A program made the translations under genes and the position numbers. Positions 17,232-26,068 of a stretch of 32,503 nt of DNA are shown here, piece after piece. The notes under the pieces are model-generated. The model was given only the letters and a program-made list of their open reading frames with translations, did no database searches and had not been told where the DNA came from. Positions within the stretch are counted from its first letter, which is position 1. Every line of letters begins with the position of its first letter. The DNA comes from an uncultured virus (IMG/VR IMGVR_UViG_3300020057_001237) (Duplodnaviria > Heunggongvirae > Uroviricota > Caudoviricetes), in the IMG/VR virus record IMGVR_UViG_3300020057_001237. One strand, written 5' to 3'.

Positions 17232-18920
17232 CTACCTGAAATGCTTTATGTAAAGTCGCTGCCCTGCGTCGTAGATCTTCACCCAGCGTAAAGCCTTCGC
17301 GTGCTCTCTCTCCGTAAGTCCATCCCCAGCACGGCATTGCCTTCTATTGAAGGTGTTTTCGAAGTCTGTCCAACTCCAACCTTGGACATCCCTGACTTTT
17401 TCAAAGCCGACTTTCTCGTAGCCGCTTCCGCTCGCATACCTTAGGTCGCACCAACTAATCAAAAACGGCGTCTTCCGCTCTTTTTCAAGATGAGCAAGTA
17501 GCTTGCTGAAGCCTCCGACGACGGTGTGTCCGTTCAAAGAGCACAACCTCGACAACTCCAAGCCTTCTTTATAACGGCGAACCGCCATAAGCATAAGTAG
17601 AATGTCGTCTTTGTAAAGACCCCAACATTGCGCATTGCTACCAGCGCCCTGTAAGTGATTGGCGTCGAGAAACTCGCGAGCTTGTTTGAACGGAACTTCT
17701 CGCAAAGTTGTCGTGCGAGCATAAACCTTACTATTAAGTCCTAAGACATTATTAACTAGATATTTTACGATCTCGGCGCGGGAGCGTGTCTCATCTTCGC
17801 GAATTTGAATCAAACGAAGACCTGCCTCTTCATATTGCAACCGCTTTCTGAAGTGGTAAGCTTTGTCTTTTTGGATAGCTTCTGAGTGCCAGTAAAGCCC
17901 GTCGATGTCTAAATAGACTGACTCGCTTAAAGCAAAGTCAGGAAACCTGTTGATGGGTCCTAGACGTTTTTTAAAAGTTCTAAGGTTGAGAGCGACCGCT
18001 ACAGCTTTTTCTAGCGCGTTGTCTTTTTCTAAACTTAGACCCTCTTCAACACATTGACGCAAGATCTCAAAGCCGTGTCTTTTAAGTATGTACAGACTTG
18101 AGGTGTAATACATATCAGGCTTGTGGAGACGTATATAGTCAGAGAGCAGCATTCCGTTAGGGAGAACAGGTGTGTCGCGCTGCTTATGGCTAGAGACACC
18201 GTACTTAAGCTGGCAGGTCTGACGCCTCTTAGCCTTAACAAGCTCCGTCGTCAGAGGGTGCCCCCCGTAACGCTCTTGAAACGTATGTCTAACCTTCTCC
18301 CTAACTTCTGAAGACTGTGTTGGGTAAGAGACACCTAACTTCTCTTGGTTAGTCTTACAGATCTTCTCTTTCACTTCTTCTGCTTGCAGAACAAAAGCTG
18401 TCCCATATTTGAGCAGGCAGGTTTCTTTCTTCTTCTCAAGCAAGAGATCGCTGTGAGCAGCGTTTTCTACCCCGTAACGTGTCAAGTTAGTCTGCTTTGC
18501 CTTCTCTCTAACTTCCTCGTTTTGAGAGATGGGGGTTTTGCAGCCGTAAACTGCTAAATTAGTCTGAATCACCTTCTCGCGTACAGCCGCGCTTTGCGCA
18601 GGATTTTCTGCACCGTAACGCTCAAGGTTGGTTGCTTTGATTTTATCCCGAACGGCGGCGCTGCCGAAGCAATTCTCGTGACCGTACTTTTCTAAATTGG
18701 TCCGCCGACGACGCTCCTGCGAACGCTCTGGATGGGTGTTCTTGTTTTGAATTACATTGAAAGGAGCCGACGACCACTCGCCGTAGTCGCGATCGATGAA
18801 AACTAGGGGATGGCGTATGCCTACATACTCTTGATTAGGCGCAATCACTATGAGACCAGGCTCGTAGATGGCGTCGATCTTGTCTTGCAAGTTTTGGAGT
18901 GTGTGTTTTTTGTTTCCCAC
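17232..18920 (-). CDS. Hef-like homing endonuclease: TNLxxYG repeats + Vsr-like PD-(D/E)xK domain + GNAT-like domain (562 aa)
   Basis: Many KxT(N/C)LxxYG repeats; FPDF...LDIDGLYWHS...LIQIREDE; FLDANHLQG...ELSRLC...GGFSKLL...SWCDLRY..G.GYEKVGF...IYDAGQ. Confidence 0.8.
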   Translation of the reverse strand: MGNKKHTLQNLQDKIDAIYEPGLIVIAPNQEYVGIRHPLVFIDRDYGEWSSAPFNVIQNKNTHPERSQERRRRTNLEKYGHENCFGSAAVRDKIKATNLERYGAENPAQSAAVREKVIQTNLAVYGCKTPISQNEEVREKAKQTNLTRYGVENAAHSDLLLEKKKETCLLKYGTAFVLQAEEVKEKICKTNQEKLGVSYPTQSSEVREKVRHTFQERYGGHPLTTELVKAKRRQTCQLKYGVSSHKQRDTPVLPNGMLLSDYIRLHKPDMYYTSSLYILKRHGFEILRQCVEEGLSLEKDNALEKAVAVALNLRTFKKRLGPINRFPDFALSESVYLDIDGLYWHSEAIQKDKAYHFRKRLQYEEAGLRLIQIREDETRSRAEIVKYLVNNVLGLNSKVYARTTTLREVPFKQAREFLDANHLQGAGSNAQCWGLYKDDILLMLMAVRRYKEGLELSRLCSLNGHTVVGGFSKLLAHLEKERKTPFLISWCDLRYASGSGYEKVGFEKVRDVQGWSWTDFENTFNRRQCRAGDGLTEREHAKALRWVKIYDAGQRLYIKHFR

Positions 18921-19023
18921 AAGATCATCGGCAAGTTGCCGACCCTTTCGCCTCCATCACACACCAAGTCTCAAGCTTTGGCAACCGTCAAAAATATCAT
19001 GGGATTCGCCACTTTCTTGGTCC

Positions 19024-20811
19024 TCAGTACGTATATATAAACTTAATTTTCTTCGCTCCAAAAACACGCACCCACCCATGATTTTTGGCATAGTCGGTTT
19101 CAGTTGTTCTAAGCTTACTAGCAAGTCCCCAAAGAGTTCTCTTATGCATAAAGCCGCCGTGCTCTCTATGTTGGTAGTGGTAGTCAGGAGCTGTTTCATG
19201 GACAAACTCAAAACCAGACGCCTTGTAGATGGTACCGTCGTGATCCATAGTGGTGTCAGCGAAGGTGATGATCCCACGAACTTCTGGATGAACATTTTTT
19301 AACGCAGTGCGACTTTTAGCTAGATGCCATGAAGCAAAATTCTTTTTTTGATATGAGGGGTGGATACAGAAACGAGAAAGCTCCATAATTTCTTTATACT
19401 TATACCCCATGCTTAGAGCCGACTCTTTACGAGTAGCATAGGTATACACGGCGAGAGCGATCAACTTACCACCTATATAGGCTCCTATTTTTAAGCCTGG
19501 TGCTGCCTTGCTTCGCTCCTTGTAGTGAAAGAGGTGCAGGAACATTACTGCTTCTTTTTCACTGACGTTCTCTGACCTTATCTCAAGATCTTTGAAGTCA
19601 AAATCAACCGATTTCATGTCTTCTTTGAAGATTTCGCAAAGCCTTCCTTTTGAATACACATCATCTTCAGTGAGAGTCATAAAACTAGAGTTTGGACGCT
19701 GGTTTTTCACCCACGTAGCTTTGCTGGCATCAGTGCGAAGATTGTCCAAGGCACGACCTTCGATATAGAGGGGGTTATGCCATTTGTGACCGTTGAACTC
19801 TAGATACAAGTCTTTTGAGGGGATCTTAAAATCAAAAACATAATACCCGTCAATATATTGAGGGATAGCCTCCAGATCTATACTCTTGAAGAAGAAGGCA
19901 ATTAGGTCTTCCTCTGAAGAAATGGTTTTGTTGAATAGAAGTCGGGGGAGCATTTCTGGGGACTTCATTAAGTCGCTAAACCTCTGCCTCTCCTCCGGCG
20001 TCCATCTAGCCATTTGCTTGGCTCTATATTCAGGGTTCTCCCACTGTTTTATTTGATTCTTCGATAGCATCCCTCGATGCTCAGGAGTCGAGACCGTCTT
20101 CCTTAAAGACTCTAGACGCTGTGATCGAGATAGCCTTTCCGCTTCTAACCTTTTCTCTCGATTCTTATCCCAGGAGTTTTTCGCGGCTGCACTTTGCTTC
20201 TCAAAACTATCTTCTGTGAATCCTGCTCTACGTTTCTTCTGCCATGCAGGATCAGCATTAAGCGCTTTCAAACGGGCGCTTCTTCTAGGGGCATCCTGCT
20301 TAGCGATAACAGAAGCTCGCTCTCGATTGCCCTCATCCTTCCAATAAGCCCTTAAAGCCGTAACAGCCGCTTCCGGATCTAAATTGTTTCTAGCCGTGCA
20401 ACTTTTGCACACGATTTTTTCTTTTCGACATACTTCTGATACGATCATTTCATAGACGTGAGAACACTCCGAATTTGTACATACTACAATGACTTTGTGC
20501 TTGCTTCTGGGGGGGTAGGAATAACCAAAAGTCTGTAAGGTTCTATCAGCGGAGAAACCCGGAACCATCTCTAAACGATCTTTATACGATGGTATTTCTC
20601 TCCGTTTGCACCCACAACTACGGCAGTAGTAACTGTCTACGCTGTACTTATGTACAGCAACACTAGCCAGCATCGCGTTCTCTTGGGCACAGTCTGTACA
20701 AAACAAAACCACCTTAGCATCGCAACGTGCAGGCAGTTCATAGCCAAACCTTTGGAAGGTGCCTTCCTTTGAAAAGGAAGGCACAGACATAATTTTAACG
20801 TACACAATCAC
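19024..20811 (-). CDS. Homing-endonuclease-like protein: Zn ribbons + Vsr-like nuclease + Mom-like GNAT domain (~595 aa)
   Basis: Two N-terminal Zn-ribbon repeats (FGY.xP...C..C...C..C) and basic helical repeats. FDF...LEFNGHKWH nuclease motif. FHY...ELSRFCIHP...NFASW...ITFAD...HDGTIYKASGF typical of Mom-like domains. Confidence 0.75.
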   Translation of the reverse strand: MIVYVKIMSVPSFSKEGTFQRFGYELPARCDAKVVLFCTDCAQENAMLASVAVHKYSVDSYYCRSCGCKRREIPSYKDRLEMVPGFSADRTLQTFGYSYPPRSKHKVIVVCTNSECSHVYEMIVSEVCRKEKIVCKSCTARNNLDPEAAVTALRAYWKDEGNRERASVIAKQDAPRRSARLKALNADPAWQKKRRAGFTEDSFEKQSAAAKNSWDKNREKRLEAERLSRSQRLESLRKTVSTPEHRGMLSKNQIKQWENPEYRAKQMARWTPEERQRFSDLMKSPEMLPRLLFNKTISSEEDLIAFFFKSIDLEAIPQYIDGYYVFDFKIPSKDLYLEFNGHKWHNPLYIEGRALDNLRTDASKATWVKNQRPNSSFMTLTEDDVYSKGRLCEIFKEDMKSVDFDFKDLEIRSENVSEKEAVMFLHLFHYKERSKAAPGLKIGAYIGGKLIALAVYTYATRKESALSMGYKYKEIMELSRFCIHPSYQKKNFASWHLAKSRTALKNVHPEVRGIITFADTTMDHDGTIYKASGFEFVHETAPDYHYQHREHGGFMHKRTLWGLASKLRTTETDYAKNHGWVRVFGAKKIKFIYTY

Positions 20812-20862
20812 CTCTACGGAATATTCTACGCCTGAGAATACAGCATATCAGCGATATGTAAA

Positions 20863-21594
20863 CTAAAAATACCAAAGCTGATGCGATTCAGCAGAGACAT
20901 CCGCGGGAGACTCAACTGAACTAACTTCAAAAAAGTCTACACCCGAACATTGATGAAAACTCAAACGATTTTTATACAAAGTTCCAACTGGGTACTTAAG
21001 TGGTTGACTACCGTTGGCAATTGTACCGGTTATAGAATTTACAAAATAAGAAACCCAAGCTCCCATCGAGTAACTACGTCGTTGCCCTCGTTCGATCTGC
21101 TTCGCCAGCGTTGCGTCTTTGGTGCGATCATATCCAATAAGAACGTAGATCTTCCAAATGTTGTAGTTTGGAACTTTACGAAGTGAGGCATCAAAGATGA
21201 CGCCCTTAGCTTCTAAAGGATTTTTGTTGTCGTGGTCAGCGAAAGCACACTTGCCCACGAACGTCTGGTAGACGAAACGACCAAAGCGTGGATCGAAGTA
21301 GCTGACTTCTTCGTAAGGAAAGCAGTGGAGGTTTCGGTTAGGGATCTCCACGGTTACGATTGGAATTTCTGTGATTAAATAGTCTTGAATATTTTTTGAA
21401 ATCTGATAAGTTTCAGAGGCACCTTGCAACCAGTCGTAGTTGACCGACTTTCCTTGAATGGTCATCTTAGCTTTTTTGGCGTCGTTCGCTTCGACCTTAC
21501 GCAGCGTCTCTTTGTAGACTTCTTTCTTGGGAGAAAAGAAGGTGCTGGCGTAGACAGGCACTCGATATTCGTGGTGTCTATTCTCTAAGATCAT
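20863..21594 (-). CDS. Prohead (capsid maturation) protease (243 aa)
   Basis: NRNLHCF...YQTFVGK..FADHDN...AKGVIFDA...SMG...FFEVSSVESPAD, the pattern of HK97/herpes-fold head maturation proteases of large phages. AGATTAA and GGAG upstream. Confidence 0.8.
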   Translation of the reverse strand: MILENRHHEYRVPVYASTFFSPKKEVYKETLRKVEANDAKKAKMTIQGKSVNYDWLQGASETYQISKNIQDYLITEIPIVTVEIPNRNLHCFPYEEVSYFDPRFGRFVYQTFVGKCAFADHDNKNPLEAKGVIFDASLRKVPNYNIWKIYVLIGYDRTKDATLAKQIERGQRRSYSMGAWVSYFVNSITGTIANGSQPLKYPVGTLYKNRLSFHQCSGVDFFEVSSVESPADVSAESHQLWYF

Positions 21595-21628
21595 TTACTA
21601 GCTCCGAAAGGAAAGGGCTTCGACTTAG

Positions 21629-21635
21629 TTAATCT
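21629..21635 (-). promoter_or_regulatory. Candidate late-promoter motif AGATTAA
   Basis: Intergenic, 35 nt upstream of the prohead protease gene. Confidence 0.5.
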
Positions 21636-21659
21636 AGGGTAAAAGCCTTCAATGGAAAT

Positions 21660-23546
21660 ATGCCAAAGCCTATAGTGACCTCTGCGACTATTGAACACAG
21701 GTTAGAGATCTTGTGTGGTGATCTTATTGTTTTGGCTCCTGACCAAACTTACGTCTCTATGTTGTCTCCTTTAGTCTTCGTAGACAGAGACTACGGTAGC
21801 TTCACGACTTCTCCCAACAACGTCCTTAACAAGGGTTGTGTGCATCCTAGTCGGAAGCTAGAGAAGAGGAGGAGAACCAATCTAGAGAAGTACGGAGTTG
21901 ATAACCTCTTTAAGGACACAGCTAGAATGCAAGAGGCTATGCTAGCTAAGCACGGCGCTACACATCCAAGTCTCAGCAGCAAGCTTTTAGCTGAGAAGAG
22001 CGCACGGTGCTTAAAGCAGTACGGCGTTACGAGCACCCTAGCTAGGGCTGACATAAAAGAGAAGATCGACAAGACGAACCTTGAGCGTTATGGGGGAAGC
22101 CCCTTGGTTTCCCCTTTAATCAGAGAAAAAGTAAAAGCAACTCTCTTAGAGCGCTTCGGCGTAGACAACGCTTTGAAGTCGGACAAGATCAAAGAGAAGG
22201 TCAAAGCCACTAATATAGAGCGTTATGGGGGTAACGCCCCTATCTCTGACGAAAGAGTTGCAGGCAAGATGCGTGTGACGCTCACTGAGCTATACGGCGA
22301 AAACTACAAAGAGGTCGTCAGTGATCTCAGCAGGAAGGCAGTCTTGGAGAAGTACGGCGTAGAGACTGTGTTCTCCCTACCTGAAATTCAAGAGAAGATC
22401 ACTGCGAGCAACCTTGTGAAGTACGGCGTTGAGCATCCTTTACAAAATGGTGACATCTTAAAAAAGATGACTGACACCAACTTAAAGCGCCACGGCGTCA
22501 AGTTCATAGGTGAGAAGACGTTTGTGGATGGCAGTCTTGAGCGGGAGAAAATCAGAAAAACTTGTGAGGAGAGGTATGGTTACAAATTCGTATTGCTCAC
22601 AAACGGGCTCTATCTAGGTGCTTATCTAAAGCTTCATAAGAGAACCGACTTGAACTACACCAGTTGCAAGTACGTCTTTCTTACTTACGGCTTCGAGGCT
22701 CTAAGGGAGTATGTAGAAGAAGGGAAAGATTTCGGATCTATTACGTCGCTTGAGCGACAAGCCTCCAAACTGTTAGGACTCGAACCCTGTTTCAAGGTTC
22801 TGAAAAATAGGAAGAGACCAGATTTCGAATTGAGACCAGATCTCTATCTAGATATAGACGGTCTTTTCTGGCATTCAAGTTATGTTTTAAAGGACCCCTA
22901 CCATCACTTCAACAAGCGTCTTAAGTACGAAGAAAGCGGGCTTAGGCTCCTACAGATAAGAGACAACGAGCTTGTGCTCAAACCTGGCATCGTCAAATCT
23001 CTTACAGAGAACGCCTTAGGTAGAAGTGAGAAAATATATGGGAGGCAATGCACTGTAGCAGATGTCTCTTGGGGGGATGCTTCCCGCTTTCTAACCGACA
23101 ACCACCTCCAAGGAGTCGGACCTCCTTCAACCTCCGTAGGTCTTTACCACGGAGGCAATTTGGTGATGTTGATAGCGGTTAGAAAGAAAAAAGAAGGGGT
23201 CGAGATTGCACGCCTCTGTAGCCTCAACGGCAAGATTGTAGTTGGAGGCTTTAGCCGTCTTCTAGCTGTTGTCAAAAAAAGGTGGAACCCTGCCTTCGTT
23301 GAGAGTTGGTGTGACCTCAGATATGCAACAGGGAAAGGGTACGAAAAAGTAGGCTTTGCGAAAGTTAAAGACATCTTGAGCTGGTCTTGGACAGACTTTC
23401 AAGAAGTCTACAACAGACTCCGCTGTAGAGCTAATATGGATGATAGAGCACTAGCAGAAGCAGAACACGCCGCAGATCTGGGGTGGGTGAAGATCTACGA
23501 CGCAGGGCAAAGGCTCTACCGTTTGAACGTCAGTTTGGAGGCTTAG
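21660..23546 (+). CDS. Hef-like homing endonuclease, paralog of 17232..18920 (628 aa)
   Basis: Same architecture and shared strings (LAPDQTYV/IAPNQEYV, DRDYG, RRRTNLEKYG, LDIDGL.WHS, SWCDLRYA, WSWTDF, WVKIYDAGQRLY). Confidence 0.8.
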   Translation: MPKPIVTSATIEHRLEILCGDLIVLAPDQTYVSMLSPLVFVDRDYGSFTTSPNNVLNKGCVHPSRKLEKRRRTNLEKYGVDNLFKDTARMQEAMLAKHGATHPSLSSKLLAEKSARCLKQYGVTSTLARADIKEKIDKTNLERYGGSPLVSPLIREKVKATLLERFGVDNALKSDKIKEKVKATNIERYGGNAPISDERVAGKMRVTLTELYGENYKEVVSDLSRKAVLEKYGVETVFSLPEIQEKITASNLVKYGVEHPLQNGDILKKMTDTNLKRHGVKFIGEKTFVDGSLEREKIRKTCEERYGYKFVLLTNGLYLGAYLKLHKRTDLNYTSCKYVFLTYGFEALREYVEEGKDFGSITSLERQASKLLGLEPCFKVLKNRKRPDFELRPDLYLDIDGLFWHSSYVLKDPYHHFNKRLKYEESGLRLLQIRDNELVLKPGIVKSLTENALGRSEKIYGRQCTVADVSWGDASRFLTDNHLQGVGPPSTSVGLYHGGNLVMLIAVRKKKEGVEIARLCSLNGKIVVGGFSRLLAVVKKRWNPAFVESWCDLRYATGKGYEKVGFAKVKDILSWSWTDFQEVYNRLRCRANMDDRALAEAEHAADLGWVKIYDAGQRLYRLNVSLEA

Positions 23547-23816
23547 ATGAAGGTCGAGTTGATCGGTGATCGCTATTTCTTCTGGTGCCCAGGCTGCGAC
23601 GAAAACCACGCTCCGAGCACATCGTGGACGTTCAACGGAGACTTTGAGAAGCCTACGTTCAGCCCGAGTATCTTAGTCAGGGCTCCTGATCCTGACAACC
23701 CAGGGAAATACGTTAGCATCTGTCACAGCTTTGTCAAAGATGGGCAGATCCAGTTCTTGAACGATTGCACGCACAAACTCGCAGGGCAGACCGTTGACCT
23801 ACCTGAGTACGAATGA
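23547..23816 (+). CDS. Small Cys/His metal-binding protein, DUF6527-like (89 aa)
   Basis: CPGC..H...WTFNGDFEKPTFSPSILV...CHSFVKDGQIQFLNDCTH. GGAGG RBS. Confidence 0.7.
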   Translation: MKVELIGDRYFFWCPGCDENHAPSTSWTFNGDFEKPTFSPSILVRAPDPDNPGKYVSICHSFVKDGQIQFLNDCTHKLAGQTVDLPEYE

Positions 23817-23952
23817 AAAATAGTATAAATAAGTCAGGTACTTGAGCTGCATAAGCTAAAGCTTCTTCTTAAACTGACGAAGAGTTGGTATAAGTCAGCA
23901 CAAAGGGAATCAAGAGGAACTAAGGCACGGTCCTCCACACAAAGGGCAACAA

Positions 23953-24351
23953 ATGAAAATCATCTCACACTCGAACTACGTCGATATCGTCACCTACCAC
24001 CGCACTTTTTCGCGGACGGAAGATAGGTTCACGGGCGGCTTTTCTTTCGATTGTGACAAAGAAGGCAACGTCGATGTTGCTAAGCTGCAACCGTGCGCCT
24101 TAAACAGTTGGACTCAGTGTTTGTCTGGCAGCGTCGATGGCGAGACCCTGTATGATCTCGGCATCGAGACGCATACTAGCCACAGGCGTGTTGCAGCAGT
24201 TGGCAAGTGCGAGTGCAAGCTCCACGTCGTGCTGTCGAACTTCACGAACACTTGCGACTGTGGACGAGACTACAACTCCGGAGGTCAGCTTCTTGCGGCG
24301 AGAGAGCAGTGGGGAGAAGAGACTGGCGAACATTGGACGGAGTGCTACTAG
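23953..24351 (+). CDS. Hypothetical Cys-rich phage protein (132 aa)
   Basis: CEC...TNTCDCGRDYN Zn-ribbon-like; follows an AT-rich intergenic region. Confidence 0.65.
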   Translation: MKIISHSNYVDIVTYHRTFSRTEDRFTGGFSFDCDKEGNVDVAKLQPCALNSWTQCLSGSVDGETLYDLGIETHTSHRRVAAVGKCECKLHVVLSNFTNTCDCGRDYNSGGQLLAAREQWGEETGEHWTECY

Positions 24352-24352
24352 A

Positions 24353-24544
24353 TCAAGCATCCCCTGTCACCAAGAAGGTCTCGCTACAGCCGTCACACTC
24401 CAGCTCGTAGGCGTCTTCACCGTGGGGGATGGACGACTCGGAGACCGAGTAGTCAGATTCGAGAAGAATAGTTTTCCCGCAATGTGGGCACTCGACGTAG
24501 AGACCAGGCTCAACCCAGGGGCAGGCTTTTTTGAGATCAGTCAT
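24353..24544 (-). CDS. Small Zn-ribbon protein (63 aa)
   Basis: GAGGA RBS before ATG 24544. CPHCG...CDGCS. Confidence 0.6.
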   Translation of the reverse strand: MTDLKKACPWVEPGLYVECPHCGKTILLESDYSVSESSIPHGEDAYELECDGCSETFLVTGDA

Positions 24545-24555
24545 TGACGCATTCC

Positions 24556-25125
24556 TCATACCTTCAGTTTTTCTTTTATCTCGACAAAAGTGTCTATTGA
24601 TAGACGGTTGAGATCTCGTATCAATGCCTGCATCTTCTGCAACCATTGGACGAGTTCTATACTTGAAGTCAAGTTCTCCCTCTCCTTAGCAAGCGCATTC
24701 AATGTTTCGCCGTGCTTTCTCCAAGAGGGTGAATGAGCTTTCTTTGTTCTTTCTTGCTTTAAAGTCTCTTTCTTTTTCTCCAAGCCAACGCAGCCACACG
24801 ATTTCGTATGCCCCTCGACGAGGGACTGCGCCCTTACGAGAGATTCGGTCCCGCAATCACACCTACATAGCCATACCCTCGTCTCGTCACCCCTAGTTAC
24901 AGGCATGATCGCTACAAGACTTCCAAAGCGTCTCTCGGAAAGGTCGATGCCATTACGGCACCCACAGCTCCTAGAGCGACCGGACGTTAGACTGTATTGA
25001 TAGACATTTTTGGTGTTCCCGCAGACGCACTTACACCGCCAGAGCTTCTTACGGGTACCTGGATGGTATCCGGCATAAGAAAGAACCACCCAATGGTTAA
25101 AAATTTTATTGGTTAAGTCACTCAT
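24556..25125 (-). CDS. Protein with two Cys-rich repeats of the AP2/HNH-endonuclease-associated type, lacking a nuclease domain (189 aa)
   Basis: DLTNKIFNHWVV...WRCKCVCG...SRSCGC and DLSERRFGSLV...WLCRCDCG...TKSCGC, then a coiled-coil tail. Start moved to 25125 to avoid overlap with the divergent gene. Confidence 0.7.
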   Translation of the reverse strand: MSDLTNKIFNHWVVLSYAGYHPGTRKKLWRCKCVCGNTKNVYQYSLTSGRSRSCGCRNGIDLSERRFGSLVAIMPVTRGDETRVWLCRCDCGTESLVRAQSLVEGHTKSCGCVGLEKKKETLKQERTKKAHSPSWRKHGETLNALAKERENLTSSIELVQWLQKMQALIRDLNRLSIDTFVEIKEKLKV

Positions 25126-25142
25126 TTTGACTGTGGCTACTA

Positions 25143-25149
25143 AGATTAA
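25143..25149 (+). promoter_or_regulatory. Candidate late-promoter motif AGATTAA
   Basis: Intergenic, 80 nt upstream of the decoration-like gene. The motif switches strand together with the gene. Confidence 0.5.
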
Positions 25150-25228
25150 AACTACAGGTAGAACGAAAGCCACTTTGCTTTCTTCTAACTCTAATATGAA
25201 AACTGGTACTTTAAAAGGAGAAAACGAA

Positions 25229-25942
25229 ATGGCTACAGACATCAAGCGTACATGGGGATCTCATGTAGACGCCGAGCCTCTTGCAACAGGCTCGTCGGTT
25301 AGTGAAGAAGGACAGTGTTTAGTTGCTCTTCTTGAAGGTGGCGTTGAGAAGGTTAAGCCTTCTTCGGCAGCAGCCGGTGAAACCTTCGCAGGTTTCGCAA
25401 TCTTCCGTCAGAAGGATTTTTCGACCCGTCCGTTGGTCGAAGCAATTGTTGTTCCATCGGCAGCACCTTACGAAGTTGAGCTTTCCAGCAAGCTTCTCAT
25501 CGTTGGTCAAGTCCGTGTTCACGACAGTCTTGCTAACACCGACCTCACCGTCGTTGCTGGCGCACCAGTAGCAGGCGAAGCACAAGTTGACCACGCCAAT
25601 GGCAAAGTCACTTTCAACGCAGCCGAAGCCGGACGTAAGATGGCAGTATACTACCGCCACAACCTTACCGTTCTTCAGTCCAAGGCACTTTACTACGAAG
25701 CGCCAACGAACTATCCTGACCCTAACTACTTCGCATCTGTTGGCGTCATGAAGGGCAAAGGTCGTATTTACACGGCTTACTACGACGAGTCGATCAATTG
25801 GGAAACAGCCGGACTTGTTATCAAGTGCGGTGCTGATGGTCTCATCACCGCAGGCGGTCTTGGCGCTGCGATCCCAGGAGCCCGTGTTGTGAAAGCACCA
25901 TCGGCAACAGACGCTCACCTAGGAATTGAGTTCAACGCTTAA
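25229..25942 (+). CDS. Putative capsid decoration/minor head structural protein (237 aa)
   Basis: AAGGAG RBS, AGATTAA upstream and a strong terminator downstream. EEGQCLV...VKPS..AAGETFAGF and VVKAPSATDAHLGIEF resemble, from memory, head structural proteins of jumbo myoviruses. Confidence 0.6.
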   Translation: MATDIKRTWGSHVDAEPLATGSSVSEEGQCLVALLEGGVEKVKPSSAAAGETFAGFAIFRQKDFSTRPLVEAIVVPSAAPYEVELSSKLLIVGQVRVHDSLANTDLTVVAGAPVAGEAQVDHANGKVTFNAAEAGRKMAVYYRHNLTVLQSKALYYEAPTNYPDPNYFASVGVMKGKGRIYTAYYDESINWETAGLVIKCGADGLITAGGLGAAIPGARVVKAPSATDAHLGIEFNA

Positions 25943-25964
25943 TCCTTTAAGCTGTTTGTCCTCG

Positions 25965-25996
25965 AAAGAGGCTCTCTTCGGAGAGCCTCTTTTTTG
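25965..25996 (+). terminator. Rho-independent terminator
   Basis: AAAGAGGCTCTC-TTCG-GAGAGCCTCTTT stem with a cUUCGg tetraloop, followed by a T-run. Confidence 0.9.
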
Positions 25997-26068
25997 CTTG
26001 TAGTCAGATTCAACTTAAACCCGTTGTTCTAAAACAACCACGATGAGACGACTGTAGAGGTTTTAGCT

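Noticed and set aside
18928..18942. TCGGCAA-G-TTGCCGA palindrome just upstream of the 562-aa endonuclease
   Set aside because: Single 7-bp inverted repeat with no second copy seen before the paralog, so a function cannot be supported.
23824..23831. TATAAATA, the T4 late promoter consensus
   Set aside because: Single occurrence noticed, in AT-rich intergenic DNA before a non-structural gene. Structural genes carry AGATTAA instead.
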